From Prorocentrum cordatum (Eukaryota): a stretch of 56,145 nt of DNA. Shown in pieces: positions 39,901 through 52,636 of the stretch. Each line of letters opens with the position of its first letter. The first letter of the stretch is position 1. The DNA lies in assembly GCA_963575745.1 (NCBI GenBank), contig CAUYUJ010000110.1, positions 62,001 to 118,145 of the forward strand, written 5' to 3'. The notes beneath the pieces are model-generated. The model searched no databases, had not been told where the DNA came from, and was given only the letters and a program-made list of their open reading frames with translations. The position numbers and the translations under genes were made by a program.

Positions 39901-42706
39901 TAGTCCCTCAACACCTGCGCGCGATCCCCGCCGTCTAAACTCATCGCAGCCAGCTCGAATAATAAACCATTCAGCGAAACCCGCAAGAGCAAATTGATAA
40001 ACTCAGTGAATTTGCCAGCTACCAGCTCAGGAGCCCTGCGACAAATCATCGGGCATGGCTTGCCCACAATGCGAGCCCAATAACTCGTCCTCTCTTGATT
40101 GGTGAAGCTGGTTTCGCCCGGGATGGTGTCGTGGCACGGGCAATTGTCGATCCATCCCGCCATGTAGAGGAATAGCGTTGCAACCACATCTACCATGATG
40201 GCGTATCCCCAGAACCGTTTCAATTTGACTGCTTGGTCCACCAGGTCCACGTTGGCTCCCTTCAGGGAGAGGGAAAGTGCACGCCATCGCCAGGTTTCCA
40301 CAGGCCCATGTTGGGCAAGATCCTAGTGGAGATGGATTTCGGGCCATGCCAAGAGACCGCATCCACTAGGGTCTGGCCTCACACTGGGCCTATGGAAGCC
40401 CCGTGGCGTCGTGTATGTTCCCTCTCCCTAGCCTTCTTCTCGTCGGGCACATTCTCATCATCCCTTGCAACGCCTCGGCCTGCCACATAGCGCGCTCGAT
40501 CCCAACCCGTGCGCAGGGCGCCCATGATGTGCGGATCTACGAGCTGGTGAGTCGCATTGCGCACTGTACCCCAGCGGCCCGTGTACACAGTGGCGTTAAA
40601 AGAAGCGATGTTCTGATAGAATACCGAAGCGGCGCCATTCGCGAAGCATGAATTCAGGAGCCTCGCTTTAGAAAAACGCATACTCAACATCTTGCACACA
40701 TTCTTCAAATACAAGACATATTGATCCCACCAGCTCAGAACCTCAGGCAGCCCCTTCGTCAGATTGTGCAAGATGTGGTGCGGGCCAGGAATGTACACGC
40801 ACTTCGACAGGTCCACGATGTACGCATCCTCCCCTGGGTAGTCGCACTCTTCGCGGTCAGGTCGATTTGCTGCGTCGTCCTGGATATCATCGCCCTCTCC
40901 GAAGTCGAAGCCTTGAACCTCTGCGTCGAAGTCAAAATCTGATTGACCACCAACAGCGCCATTGATAATGCGATTGTCCTCTGCAGTAATCCACTGACCG
41001 AAGTTGTCCCGAACGTCAGCGCGGTAGTGAAACGTAGATGCTTCTCCGAGATCTCCTGTCACACTTACAGTTGAATTCAACATCTGACACGCCGCCTTCC
41101 AAGTGGGCGACTGAAGCTTCACTGCGTGAATCAAAGCATGGCCTTTGTACTTCAAAGATTTTCTACCGCTTCCCACTCCTACAGGGCATCCCGACTCCAT
41201 GCCCAGAAGGTCCCGTAGTTCGTCGAAGAGGTCTGCCTCGTTCTCCGGGCGCTCCGACGAGACCAACGACATCGAAATATCCAAGGCCCGTGGAAGATCA
41301 CGTTGCCGCATTTGAGAGCCGCCGTGAAGAAGCCATTCAATTCCAGCTTGAGGTGAGAGATCCAGTGTCCTCCAAGTAACAAGCGCCACTCCGTCGCTCA
41401 CGAGTTGGCCGTTCAGTGCCTGGCGATACGCGCAGTAGCCCAAGTGCAGAGTCATCCTATGTCGGTACAATGTAGTCCGTGTCGGAATAAAACGGTTATC
41501 CCGCAGGAGGCCAATGAGATAATCTCGAAGGTTAATGTCTGCGACTACCACGTAGAGGCAATGCTCGGTTACCTCCTATTTGGGATTTCCATGACACCAT
41601 TCACTGCTGTTGCCATCCACCCTCTCCCACCTGAGTTGTTTTGCTCTGTGGATCTGCAGATATGCCTGGCAGATCCAAATCAAAACAAGTCAGGGGATGG
41701 AGAAGGTGTGCAGCAGTCGAGGCGGGTGTCATGGGAATCCTCAGTCCTTGAATGAGTTCACATCTCGCAGTAAGCCAGAACCGATGACTGCATGAACAAG
41801 CATTTCCATGCTGTAAGCTTGGCGTGTCAACCTCAATTGTTGCACCAACATGTGGTTCCTCATATTTTGAAGCCACGTGGCATGATGAATGGCTTCATCA
41901 GTGAAAGCATGATTGCGAGCCATCTGGCTAACGCACTTCAGGAGCACATCAGCGGCGCCTTGAAGCTCGTCGATGTCAAGGACACGGCCATCCTCACATG
42001 GCACCCCGGTGACTCCTCTCTGAAGCTCCACTTGTCCGAGGTTGCGCCACAACGGCCGAACTAGAGACATTCGAAGTCCACGCGATCTCCTGAAATCGGA
42101 ACCCACGGGGAAACCCCATGCAGTCCATATTCTTCGAGAACAAAGAATCGCGTGGGGCATTGCCATCACAGCTCCTGTCTGCACGTTGGGTGAACCTTGA
42201 TCGTCTTTAGGGCATATGACTCCATGCCTGCGCTCCCACTCGCCAATGACATCTCCAAGCGGCACGCCATGATTGACACCAGCACGCATACACCGTCGAC
42301 ACGTCGCATCAGATACCAGAGTGAACAACGATTTGACTGCATCTGTCCCGTCCGTGGTGTACATGTGTACTGGTTCTGACAACTCTACCGCGTCTTCCAC
42401 ACGAACCATAAGTATTGGATCATCTCTGTATTTTGTCTGGGCCCAGTAATCAAGCACTGCCCGCTCGGATGAAAGTAAAAACGTGGATATGTCTGGGACG
42501 CACTTTGTCTGGAATATTGCTAGGCCAACCACGTGCATGTGTCGTGAACGGAAATGCACAGCCAGCTCCCGGGCGCTGGAGAAAGGAAGCCCACATTCCC
42601 GAGAGATTTGCTCACACACTTTATTTGACCAAACGCATGCTAGCGGCACATGGTTCCTGCCATCGCTGAGTCTGTCATGTCTCCGCGCAACAATCCAAGC
42701 GTACAT
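36987..42706 (-). CDS. Four-exon ~1709-aa putative DDE transposase (hAT-like motif layout) with C-terminal winged-helix-like and Cys/His motifs; exons 42706-41747, 41575-40433, 40259-39194, 38947-36987
   Basis: Four ORF-track ORFs join in frame through AAG|GA..TAG|G, AAG|GC..AAG|G and AAG|GA..CAG|G junctions (5130 nt, no internal stop). Motifs: RTLDLSPQAG (D1), VTGDLGE (D2), PGPHHILHN, TGRWGT, SERWVEALH (E). The gene structure is well supported; the transposase call is inference. Confidence 0.7.
38948..39193 (-). other. GA-AG intron 3 of the transposase-like gene (246 nt, GAG-rich)
   Basis: Phase-1 GAAG|GA donor and CCCCAG|GA acceptor. Removal deletes the in-frame TGA at 39048-39050 and opens a Gly/Ser-rich linker. 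Confidence 0.65.
40260..40432 (-). other. GC-AG hairpin intron 2 of the transposase-like gene (173 nt)
   Basis: AGGGAGAGGGAA (40264-40275) and TTCCCTCTCCCT (40418-40429) plus nested inner stems; removal restores the frame. Confidence 0.8.
41576..41746 (-). other. GA-AG hairpin intron 1 of the transposase-like gene (171 nt)
   Basis: GGATTTCCATGACACC (41583-41598) and GGTGTCATGGGAATCC (41725-41740), 15/16 match; inner stem tggatctgc/gcagatcca. Confidence 0.8.
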
Positions 42707-43193
42707 GTATGTATTTGGAAAATATCACAATATCACCGTTGAACCCAAATGGATACGGAACACGAACACTAACCGAAACCCGAGTGCGCGCATGTGGTAA
42801 CCTTCATCCCCTCACACGAAACGTTGCCCACAAAGAGCCACAAGGAAGCCGACAAATGGCCTACTGGACCCTCAGGCGAGGTGAAAGGGCCCAAGGACCA
42901 TCAAACGGAAAGGGCCCAAGAAAAGACCTTGGGCCTGCGGTGGGCCCATGAAATATGGAGGGGCACGAGGAGCAGGGGAGGAAGGGGAGGAGGCGGAGGA
43001 GGAGGAGGAGGATAGTGGGTAGGAAGAGGATGAGGAGGAGGAGGAGGAGGAGGAGGAGGAGGAGAAGGAGAAGGAGGAGGAAGAGGATTTGTTCAGATCC
43101 GAACGATAATCAACGCTCAGGTTGGGGGTTGGCCCCTGGGGCCTCCCCAGGGCCCCAACAAGATCGGGGCGGGATTCACCAACGACGACGACG

Positions 43194-43229
<36 letters not shown>

Positions 43230-44018
43230 CCTCGCCTGCACTTCGTCGCACACTCTCAGGACGGTCTCCAGGACGATCCGGCCGGCAGGCGTCAGCGGCG
43301 CCTCCCCTGACTTGCTTCCTCCGTCGCCGGACTGCGTGTTGTGGCATGTCCCTGCCAGCGATAATAAGTCACTGTGTGTTGTGACAGGAACGATAAATAT
43401 GGAACGAGGCCCCTTTTTTCCATCAGTTAAACTTCGATTTCCCATCGACAACCAAAGGAAAACCTAAGGCACAGTGTAAAACAAGTAAGGAACACGGGGC
43501 CCCTCCCAGACGAAAAGGGTTCCTTCTTCAGCGCCCCGACTGTATTCTGCATTTAACCCCTGGTGGTTGTTCCACTTGCGGCATGTTGCTGAATTTCGGC
43601 CTCGGTGACCCGTTACGGGACCCAGGACCACACAGAAAAGCACGCGCTCAAGATGAACAGACAGACCCTATGAAGGGGCTGGGAATTCCGAAACCCCGTA
43701 CCGAAAAGACGTCGGAGGCCTGGATTGGTTCGCTGATGCCCCTTCGGTGCTCCACTAGCTTCCAAAGGACATCAAGAGAGGCCCGATAAGGCTGAAAGGA
43801 GGCTTCTAAGAGGCCCTCAGAGAACCCCCGAGTTGGCCAAAGAGGGTTCACCTTCATTGTTTCACCGATGCCCCTGCCTCATCTGCTTCATCCTTTGTTT
43901 TGGCTTCTGCCTCCCCCTCTGCCTCTGCTTGTCCGATTGTCTCTGCTCGATTCCCCTCACCCTCTCCCTCTTCTGCTCCTGCCGTTTTTCCCGCTGCCCC
44001 TGCCCCCCTCCTCCCCCC

Positions 44019-44170
44019 CGACCTGCTCAGCTCGGAGCAGTCAACGACCTGCTCAGGTCGAGCGGGACACTTCGCTCTCCACCCCCGAACAACTGAACGA
44101 CCTGCTCAGGTCGGAGCAGTTGAACGGCCTGCTCAGATCGAGCGGCACAAATGAACGATCTGCTCAGGTC
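44019..44170. repeat. Short repeat cluster with core aacgacctgctcaggtcg
   Basis: About five degenerate copies, plus one at ~44590. Confidence 0.8.
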
Positions 44171-44652
44171 GGCGTCTTTTTACAACCCGCCGTAGGGTAG
44201 GAACGAGCGCGGCACACGCGCGCGCGCGCTTGAGCACGCGCGGCGCTCAAGCCCTCGCTTGCACTCGCGGGCGGACGCCCCTGGCACGCTGCGAAGAACG
44301 TTGGCCAAGCTCTGCCTGGGGCGTGATAGGAGCTGCGCACGCAAGTGGGCACAGCCCGCACTTCTCCACGCTTCACGCGGCAAAGCCGAGCGCGTCGCTG
44401 CGACGGTGCCTCACTGGCAGCCGGCAATTGGCGCTGCCTATACCAATGTCTGCTCTAGTAGTTCAATTAGCCCTCGCACAAAGGGATCCAGGAAAAGTCT
44501 CCTCTTGGCGGATCGACCAACAGCCTGAGCCTGCGCCCGAATTCCTCTTGGCTCCTCCGCAGAGTGAACCCCTGGGAGCCCTGCAGGGTACGACCTGCTC
44601 AGGGCGAAGCCTTTTGTGAACGTCATCTTTTTCGGCGTTTCGACATTGGGCG

Positions 44653-44830
44653 GAAAGGGGGGGGAGGGGGGTCTGGCTCCGGATCCCTGCTCAGTCCGAC
44701 TGTTGACAGCAGGGCGTCCTGTGGGGGAGACTCCACCTGCTCGAAACAGGCACCAAAAACAGCCAAGATCCACTCCACTGGAGTGGGGGAAGGGGGGGGT
44801 GCGAGGGCCCGCGCCGATCGGCAGAACAAC
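44653..44830 (+). repeat. Dispersed repeat B, copy 2
   Basis: Aligns by eye with 16330-16510. Confidence 0.8.
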
Positions 44831-46086
44831 GAATACAAAACTATCGCTTGCTGCAAGCTGTTTCACGCCCTGCACGGTGCCACCAGTGTGCTTTTTCGCC
44901 TGCGCTGCGCCCCAGGATTACCAGCCTGGAACATGTCCCTATCCCTATGCTGGGCACCTCCTCATCACGATGCCAATCTTAGGGGGGTCCCTATGTTTTG
45001 AGGGCGAATCCCTGAGATTGTCATCGCCCTTTGGCGTGTCAATCTTAGGGATAGGGATACGCTCGAGGCCGGTAGGAAACCCGTAGCTTGCTCTGGCCAG
45101 CGCACGCCTCGAGCGAGGACTCGGGGCGCGCGCGGCGAGGAGTGGGGCACGCTGGCAGAGGGCCACCTCGGGTGCCCCAGGCCCTGGGCGCCGCACTGCC
45201 CAGGAGCTCTCTCCGCGCTTCGCGCGCACGTGCTGGCAGGAAGTACTGATCGAAAGGAGCACGAGACGCGCTGCGAGCTCGAGCAACTTGCCGCGACAGT
45301 GCCTGACCGACAGCCCTGGTAGAAATGCGGCTGCGTACCTCAGCCGTCTTCTACCCCAGCAACATGTCGGCTCACACACACACACACACACTCATACACA
45401 CACACACACACACAAAGACTATCTGGGAACTACATGTCCAACCAGCGAGTTCTGCGCGCGAATTTCGACGCAATGCAAATTACGTTCCAGGCCTTGCGTT
45501 CCGTCCCCAGCCCGTCGCGCCCGCCCTGCTCCAGGCCTGCATCACTCAATAACAGGAGCCCGCATTTGAAGACTGGGGACGGCATAATAACGACCACCAT
45601 TTTTGTTGGAAGGATGGCACGTCCAATCATCGTGGGCGTGCCAGGAGGTCATACACATGAAACATGTCGAATAAAGTTCCCGGATAACTCGCGTGAAAAC
45701 TACAGACGGGGGGCTCTAGCAGGGGGCTGTGCATCCTGGCGCGGCCGATCCGATTCGACTCCGACTCAATGCCGAGTACAGTCCGGTCCGCATTCGGGTC
45801 GGACGGAAGGGTCAGGGGCGGCCTAACGACCCCTGGCAACCCTAGCAAGCCATCCCCCTCCGTGGCGTCCCCCACGCCTCGCCCCAATGTGCGTATGTGT
45901 GCGGCCGGAGGGGAACTTGAAGGGCGGGGGTTACGTCACAGAAGGGGAAGGCCGCGCCCGAAAGGGGGGGGGATTGGGGAAGGGGGGTCGGGGTACGAAC
46001 CCTGCGGGGCGCAGCCTGTTTCGGCCCCGCTGTCTGGGCGCTTTCCTCGATGGACGCGGGGGTGGCCATGAGGGGGGTGAGGAATA

Positions 46087-46168
46087 CAGTCGAAACCGAT
46101 GATAGGGATGGGTAACCTTTCCAAGGGTACCCTTGCATCCTTGCCTCTTCGGTCCATCCTTGACTACT
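46087..46168 (+). repeat. Dispersed repeat A, copy 2, beginning TA|CAGTCGAAACC
   Basis: Homologous to the reverse complement of 13682-13745. Confidence 0.75.
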
Positions 46169-46397
46169 GTCGACGGTCCCCCCCCACCCGCTGGCCCGTG
46201 CTCATGCCTCGAGAGGCTCTATTGGGACCATTCTTTCGCGGGAAAGTTGGAGAGCTCACACATGTTAAACGCATTCGGACCACCTGCCGTTGTTCGAGGA
46301 TCTCGAGTTTCCTGGAAACCCTTTGGGCATCTCCTTGGCATCGTCGAAGCCTCCCGGGGCCTCTGGGCTGCCTCTGAGGTCTTCTTGAGAGTTGTTG

Positions 46398-47278
46398 GGA
46401 GGGGGCAGGAGGAGGGGGGGAGGGGGAGGGGGAGGGGAGGAGGAGGAGGAGGAGAGAGGAGGAGGAGGAGGAGAGGAGGAGGAGGAAGGAGGAGGAGAGA
46501 GGAGGAGGAGGAGGAGAGGAGGAGGAGGAGGAGGAGGAGGAGGAGGAGGAGGAGAGGAGGAGGGAGAGAAGAGAAGGGGAAGGAGGAGAGGAGGAGGAGG
46601 AGGAGGAGGAGGAGGAGGAGGAGGAGGAGGAGGAGGGAGGAGGGGAGAGGAGGAGGAGGAGGAGGAGGAGGAGGAGGAGGAGGAGGAGGAGGAGGAGGAG
46701 GGAGGAGGGGAGGAGGAGAAGGAAGGGTGGAGGAGGAGGAGGAGGAAGGAGGAGGAGGAGGAGGAAGGAGGAGGAGGAGGAGGAGGAAGAGGAGGAGGAG
46801 GAGGGACTCTGACCCCATCCCGGTCGGCCCCTCCTCCTTCGCGAGCGCGCTGGTCACGCTGCAGGCCTGCGCTCCCAGGCCGCACGACCGGAGGTCCTCT
46901 CCGCCGCGCGCGCGCGGCGTGCGGTGCGCGGGGCAGCGGCGCGGAGGGTCTGACCGGGAGTGAGCGAAGAACGTTCGCGGAGGACCGGCTGGGTTGGAGG
47001 GGAGGGGAGGGGAGGGGAGGGGAGGGGAGGGGGAGGGAGGAGGAAAAGGAGGAAGAAGAAGAAGAAGAAGCAGCAGAAGAAGAAAAAGATTATGAAGCAG
47101 AAGAAGAAGAAGAAGAAGAACAGAAGGAGGAGGAGGAGGAGGAGGAATAAGAAGAAGAAGAAGAGAAATAAAAAGAATAATAAGAAGAAGAAAAAGAAGA
47201 AGAGGAAGAAGAAGACGAGAAGGGGGAGGAGGAAGAGGAGGAAGAGGAGGAGGAGAACGAGGAGGAGGAGGAAGAGGA
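46398..47278. repeat. (GAG)n / (GAA)n purine tracts
   Basis: Direct reading; short unique spacer at ~46805-46995. Confidence 0.9.
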
Positions 47279-47527
47279 CTGGCTCGGGAGCTGGAATCGA
47301 CGACGCATCGCCGCCAGGTCGGCGATTGGCCCCCGATGGCGAGCCGCGCGTCGGCTGTGGGCTGTCGGGACCCCCTCGGCGAGGAGCGGGCGACTGACTG
47401 GGGATCGATGCATTCCCCCCCTGAGCCCTTCCCCCCCCGAACGCTGCCCCCGAAGGGGGCGTCGCCGCGTAGAGACAAAGCCCAAAGAAAAACACACACA
47501 CACACACACACACACGCGCGGTGCACG

Positions 47528-47574
<47 letters not shown>

Positions 47575-47595
47575 CATTTTACCCGAACGCGTGGT

Positions 47596-49113
47596 GTTCT
47601 CCCCAGTGCCAGGGTTTTCATACGACACCAGGCAATACCCCCACTTCGTGGGGGGGCATTACAAGCTCTACCAAATATCCAAACGACTCTTCGCGACCAC
47701 CCAAACCCAGCTTCCCGCCCTATGACGTTGGGACACTTCACTTCGTGGCGTGCGGACGACCGTGGCTACTACGTGGGCACACCCACAGAACCGGTTTTTG
47801 GAGATTTCGGCGTGCGCGCGCGAAGAAAAAACGAATGTGTCCCGCATGGTATTATTTGACAGGGATGATGGCCCTGGCAGGTGCGCAACCGTTGTCGCAG
47901 AAGTTCGAAAAAGTTGCTCGCAAAAGCCCGTTTGACAGAAATGTTTAAAAAGTGTTGGTTTCCTACGAATCCGCAAGAGCGCGCGGGATGAGATTTTGAC
48001 ATTTTTTTGTTGAGAAACCATTGGTTTTTTGATGTTTTTATGTTAAAATCGCTCCGAACACTAAGCTTTTGGAAGGATTTCGTCTTGCGCGCGCGAATGT
48101 CCACTTTACCTTATTTTTTGCAAGGGATTCTTGAAATTTGATTATATTAGAACAAGAAATGTCATTTTATAGTGTTTTTTGCAAGGGAAAGCGGGGGGGA
48201 ACAAAACAACCGGATCTTGATCACATCGAATTACCTGAGGCTTCCTCACGAAAATGATGAAAATGTAGCTGCGGCCTAGGCGGCGCAGGGGGGGCGTGCA
48301 CCAGGGGGCCCAACAATAATTATTCTTTAGAATTAATAATGTTCAACAACAATTACTAGCACGTGGGGACACTCCGTTCTCACCAGTGCCAGGGTTTTCA
48401 TAGGAGGCGGGCAATACCCCCACTTTGTGGGGGGGCCGGTTCAAGCTCTACCAAATTTCCAAACGACTCTTCGCCACCACCCACACCCAGCTTCCCGCCC
48501 TATGACGTTCGGACACTTCACTTCGTGGCATGCGGACGACCGTGGCTACTATTCAGGGCCCCGCGGCCGACGACGACGGCGTGCGCGCGCGAAGAAAAAA
48601 CGAATGTGTCCCGCATGGTATTATTTGACAGGGATGATGGCCCTGGCAGGTGCGCAACCGTTGTTGCAGAAGTTCGAATAAGTTGCTCGCAAAAGCCCGT
48701 TTGACTGAAATGTTTAAAAAGTGTTGGGTTTCCTACGAATCCGCAAGAGCGCGCGGGATGAAATTTTGACATTTTTTTTGAAAAACCATTGGTTTTTTGA
48801 TGTTTTTATGTTAAAATCGCTACGAAAACTAAGGTTTTGGAAGGATTTCGTCTTGCGCGCGCGAATGTCCACTTTACCTTATTTTTTGCAAGGGATTCTT
48901 GAAGTTTGGTTATGTTAGAACAAGAAATGTCCACTTTAGCTTATTTTTTGCAAGGGAAAACCGATCGTAACAACACAACCGGATCCGGACCAACCCGTTT
49001 TGCCTGAGACTTCCTCACGAAAATGATGAAAATGAGGCTGCGGCCTAGGCGCGGCGGGGGGGTCGTGCACCAGGGGCCCCAACAATAATTATTCTTTAGA
49101 AGTAATAATGTTC

Positions 49114-49121
<8 letters not shown>
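47596..49121. repeat. Head-to-tail duplication of a ~770-bp A/T-tract-rich unit, flanked by (AAC)n
   Basis: Units 47596-48352 and 48376-49121 align along their length; (aac)n at ~47528-47573 and ~49113-49224. Confidence 0.9.
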
Positions 49122-49144
<23 letters not shown>

Positions 49145-49931
49145 GCAGCAGCAGCAGCAACAACAACAACAACAACAACAACAATAACCACAACAACAAC
49201 AACAACACACAAAACAACAACAACAAAAAAAACAAAAAACCCAAAAAAAAAAAAAAAAAAAAAAAAAAACGGCAGCATCCGCTGCGAGGGCCTCGGCCTC
49301 TTAAGGCCCCCACCTGCAGGGCCCCCCCTGGGGCCCCCTGGGGCCGTCGCGCAACGGCGCGGGAAAAGAGAGGCTGGCCCCCAGGACGAGCTCCGGCCCC
49401 TCTGGGGAGCCACGTGGTGAAAGAAACCACGGCGCCGGACGCCTCGCCATCGCTCGGACGCCCATTCCCCGTGCATGTTTCGAACTCGCGCGCTGACTCT
49501 TCGCAAGAGGTCGGCGGCGAGCGAGGGGGGGGAGGGAGAAGGAGAAGGCCCCCTCAGAAGGCGGCGGGACTTCTCAGAAGCCCTCGCGCCGTCTGAAAAG
49601 TATCTCGTGTCCTCGGGGAAGGCTCAGAAGACTCCTCAGGAGGCCAGGGGACTTCCGAGCCTTCTGAGAAGGCTCTTTTCTTCTCACTTGCCACCCGTGG
49701 CTCGCCGCCGAAGAAGGCCCAGGACGCTCCTCGATGGTCCTCGCCGAAGCGAGCGATGCCAAGCGACGAGCGATGGCAAGCGACGCCCGAGCGAGCCAAG
49801 GCACACGCCCGAGCGAGCGAGGCATACGCCCAAGCAATTCCGAGCAGGGCACACGCCCGAGCGATGCCAAGCGGCGCGTGGGAAGCGCGGGGCCCTCTAG
49901 GCGCGGCTCTCCGGAACCCGACAGCGTGGAC

Positions 49932-49946
49932 ATCTCTGCGCCGTCG
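49932..49946. repeat. Target-site duplication, left copy (ATCTCTGCGCCGTCG)
   Basis: Identical 15-mer at 54405-54419. Confidence 0.9.
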
Positions 49947-50007
49947 ATTCGATTCGATTCGCGGGGCCATGAAGGCGACTTCGGGCGAGCAGCCTACTCG
50001 CCCGAGC

Positions 50008-52636
50008 TCACGCCGCCAGGGCGCGGGCCGCGGCCGCGCCGCGGGCGGACGCAGCGGCCCTACGCGGCGGCGTCGGCGGGCAGCACCTGCTCGGCGAGGT
50101 CCAGCACGTACAGGCCGTGCGCGGCCAGCATGGCGGCCCGCGGGGCGATGCCCGCCGCCCCTTGCTGCCCTGCCGCCGTCGGCCTCGTTGCTGGCCAAAG
50201 CTCGCAGCCGCCTGCACCTCAAGACGCCGCTGCTGCTGAGCTGCCACCTGCTGCAGGGGCGCCTCCATTCCCTCGAGGCCCAGCCACGCCTGGAAGGCCT
50301 CCTGGGCCGCTGGGGGTAGCGGCCCCTGCAGCCTCAGCTCGGGGATTCCAGCACCTTTCTCCCTGCGCTGCTGAACACCTCCGCGTGGTTGGCCACCTGG
50401 GTGTAGCCCTCGAGCCCGAGGGCGGCGCTGGCTGCGCTGCCCCGTGGCCCTCTCGCCGACGCACTCACTGCTCCTTGAGCTTTGGGCGGCCTCCAGATTG
50501 GCCGCCGAGGACCATGTAGGCGCCGCACTTGCCGCACGTCACCAGCTCCTGGGACTCCCCGCCTACGCCGCAGCACGCGTGTGTCAGGGAGTGGCAGCGG
50601 CAGCGGATGCCAGCCGTGGTGATGGAGAGGCCGCCCGCGCAGGCCACCGAGCGGACGCACTCCACTCGCGGCTGCTGCGCCGTCGGCCTGCATGGAGTGG
50701 GCAGCTCGGCCCGCTCATCCTGGTTGGCGAACCGCACCTGCCGCCTCTCGTCGGACTCGAGGAAGCTGTCACTGTCCTTCTCCGCGAAATGCTGCCTGTA
50801 GACCGCCGCCTGGCCCACCCAGCGGGCCTGCTCCTGGGCGAGACCCGCCAAGGCGCGGCGTTCGCCCACGGTCTGGGCGTCCTCGGCGCGCAGCCGTGCT
50901 TCCAGCTTGGCGGAGCGGCAGGCATGCAGGGTGCTGCGCCTCTGCGCCTCCGTGAGTCGCCCGTCGAGCACCGCCTGCCTGCTGCCGTGGGCGGCCACCG
51001 CGTTCGCCCCGGAGCCGCCAGGCTCGAGGGCGGCGAGGCTCCTGCTCCAGAGGTGGGCGTTGGCCTTGGTCGGGCCCGTCGCATAGGCCAGCCCCCTATG
51101 CGGGCCCTCCGCCGTGCCGTGGCAGCCGATGAGGACCTCCTCGACTGCAGGGCCCGCGTAGTTCACCATCTTCCAGACCGCGAAGTCCTCACCGCCACGA
51201 GCCGCCTGCTGTGGATGGAGGACCCTCATGACGGTCCCGTAGACGCCCGCGACGAGGCTGCCGTCGTCGTCGCATTGAGCAATAGCCCAGCCCGCGTGTT
51301 CCAAGGCGCAGAACTGCGGGTCGACCGACGAGCCGTCCACGTACAACTTGCCATTGGGCTTGACGTCGGGCGGCCTGCATGTCCACCAGACACTCATGGC
51401 GTCCGTGCGAGGCCCTTGTGGGGGCGGCGGCGCTGACAACCAGCACCGAGCAACGTCCTCCCCTGCTGCCACTCCGAGGGCGCGAACCCGCGCGGCGCTC
51501 CACATCAGCGATGGCGAGACCGAGTCCCTCCGCTGGGCCGCAAGCATGGGGCACTCGAACATCCTGTGCCAGCGGCACCTGCAGCGGGCGCGGCCGCTTC
51601 CGCTGGCGCCGTGGAGCCTCGCCTGCGGCCAGTGCGCGTTCGCGAGGTGGGAGACCAGCCCGTTCCTCTCGCGCTCGCTGAGCTTGCCTCCTGGCCCGAT
51701 GAGCTCCCTGCAGGCATCCCAAAAGAAAGAACCATACAAAGAAGAGGCACTGGCCAGCTTTCGCATCTCACGCCGATCCGAGGCGCGCCTCGCCCCAAGG
51801 CTGGCCTCTAGGCCGAGCTCACGCAGCCCCATCAGCGCCATGTCCAGCACGTCCCCGACGTCCGTGATGAGGCACCGCTCGGACCTGAAGTACCAGCCGA
51901 TCCTGCCCAGGGCGAGGACAGCTGCATCCACGGGGAAGTTGCGGTGCACCCAGGGCACCGCTGACGCCTGCCGCGAAGCCGCAGCCTCGAGCGCCCCCCT
52001 GAGCATCGGCAGGGGGAGCTCGCCCGAGTGCAACCACCCTGCGCGAATATGGAGCGCGCGGTCCGTGATCAGCACGAGCGGATCCAGGTCGAGGCCCCTG
52101 CGGAGCTCAGCGCACCGCAGCCTGAGGCCGAGGGCCGCGCCGCGGGGGAGCCGCCCCGAGCAGGGGCACGCGGTGACTCGCCCACCGCGCAACTCTCCGT
52201 CGGCCACGCCAGTGACCGCCCGCCCCCATATCACACTTGACGTAGGCCCAGCCTTGTGGATCAGGCCCTCGGCGATCATGTGGTGCTTGAAGTCCCCTGG
52301 TACTCGCCACTGGGCTTCCCGCGCCTGAAGGCCCTCACGGGCAAGTACTCCGACGCCCCCTGAGTGGGCGGGGGCCGCCTGTCCAGTGGGCGCCGCATCA
52401 TGCAAGAAGGCCGCGTAGCCCAAGCCGCGAGCTCGGCGGCTAGCATTCTCCAGCTGGCGGGGCCCAAGGGGACCCTCCTGGACCGTGACGAGGTGCAGGC
52501 GCGCGCCCTCCCGCACGATGTAGGCCTCAAGCACCTCCAAGGCACGGTCCCATGTGTTGCCGTAGATGCCCAGCACGTCGAAGCCTGCACGGAGCTGCCC
52601 GGCCGCCCTCTCACAAGCTGGCACCGCCCCGCCCAC
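50008..52636 (-). pseudogene. LINE ORF2 remnant: APE endonuclease N-terminus fused to post-RT region, zinc-binding motif and RNase H; RT core absent
   Basis: VTVQE and HSGGVGVL (APE); HRMFECP; LYVDGS, AGWAI, GED and AHLW (RNase H); CGKCGAY. No YxDD-type RT core is visible. An AGTG duplication near 50461-50468 shifts the frame off the C-terminal RGLHP segment. Confidence 0.8.

Noticed and set aside
49243..49269. Poly(A) run as the LINE tail
   Set aside because: It is on the wrong strand for a minus-strand element and lies outside the TSD. The real tail is (CGAAT)3.
49568..49672. Hammerhead-like CTGAGGA followed by a stem on the minus strand
   Set aside because: The required GAAA does not follow stem II, so the core is incomplete.
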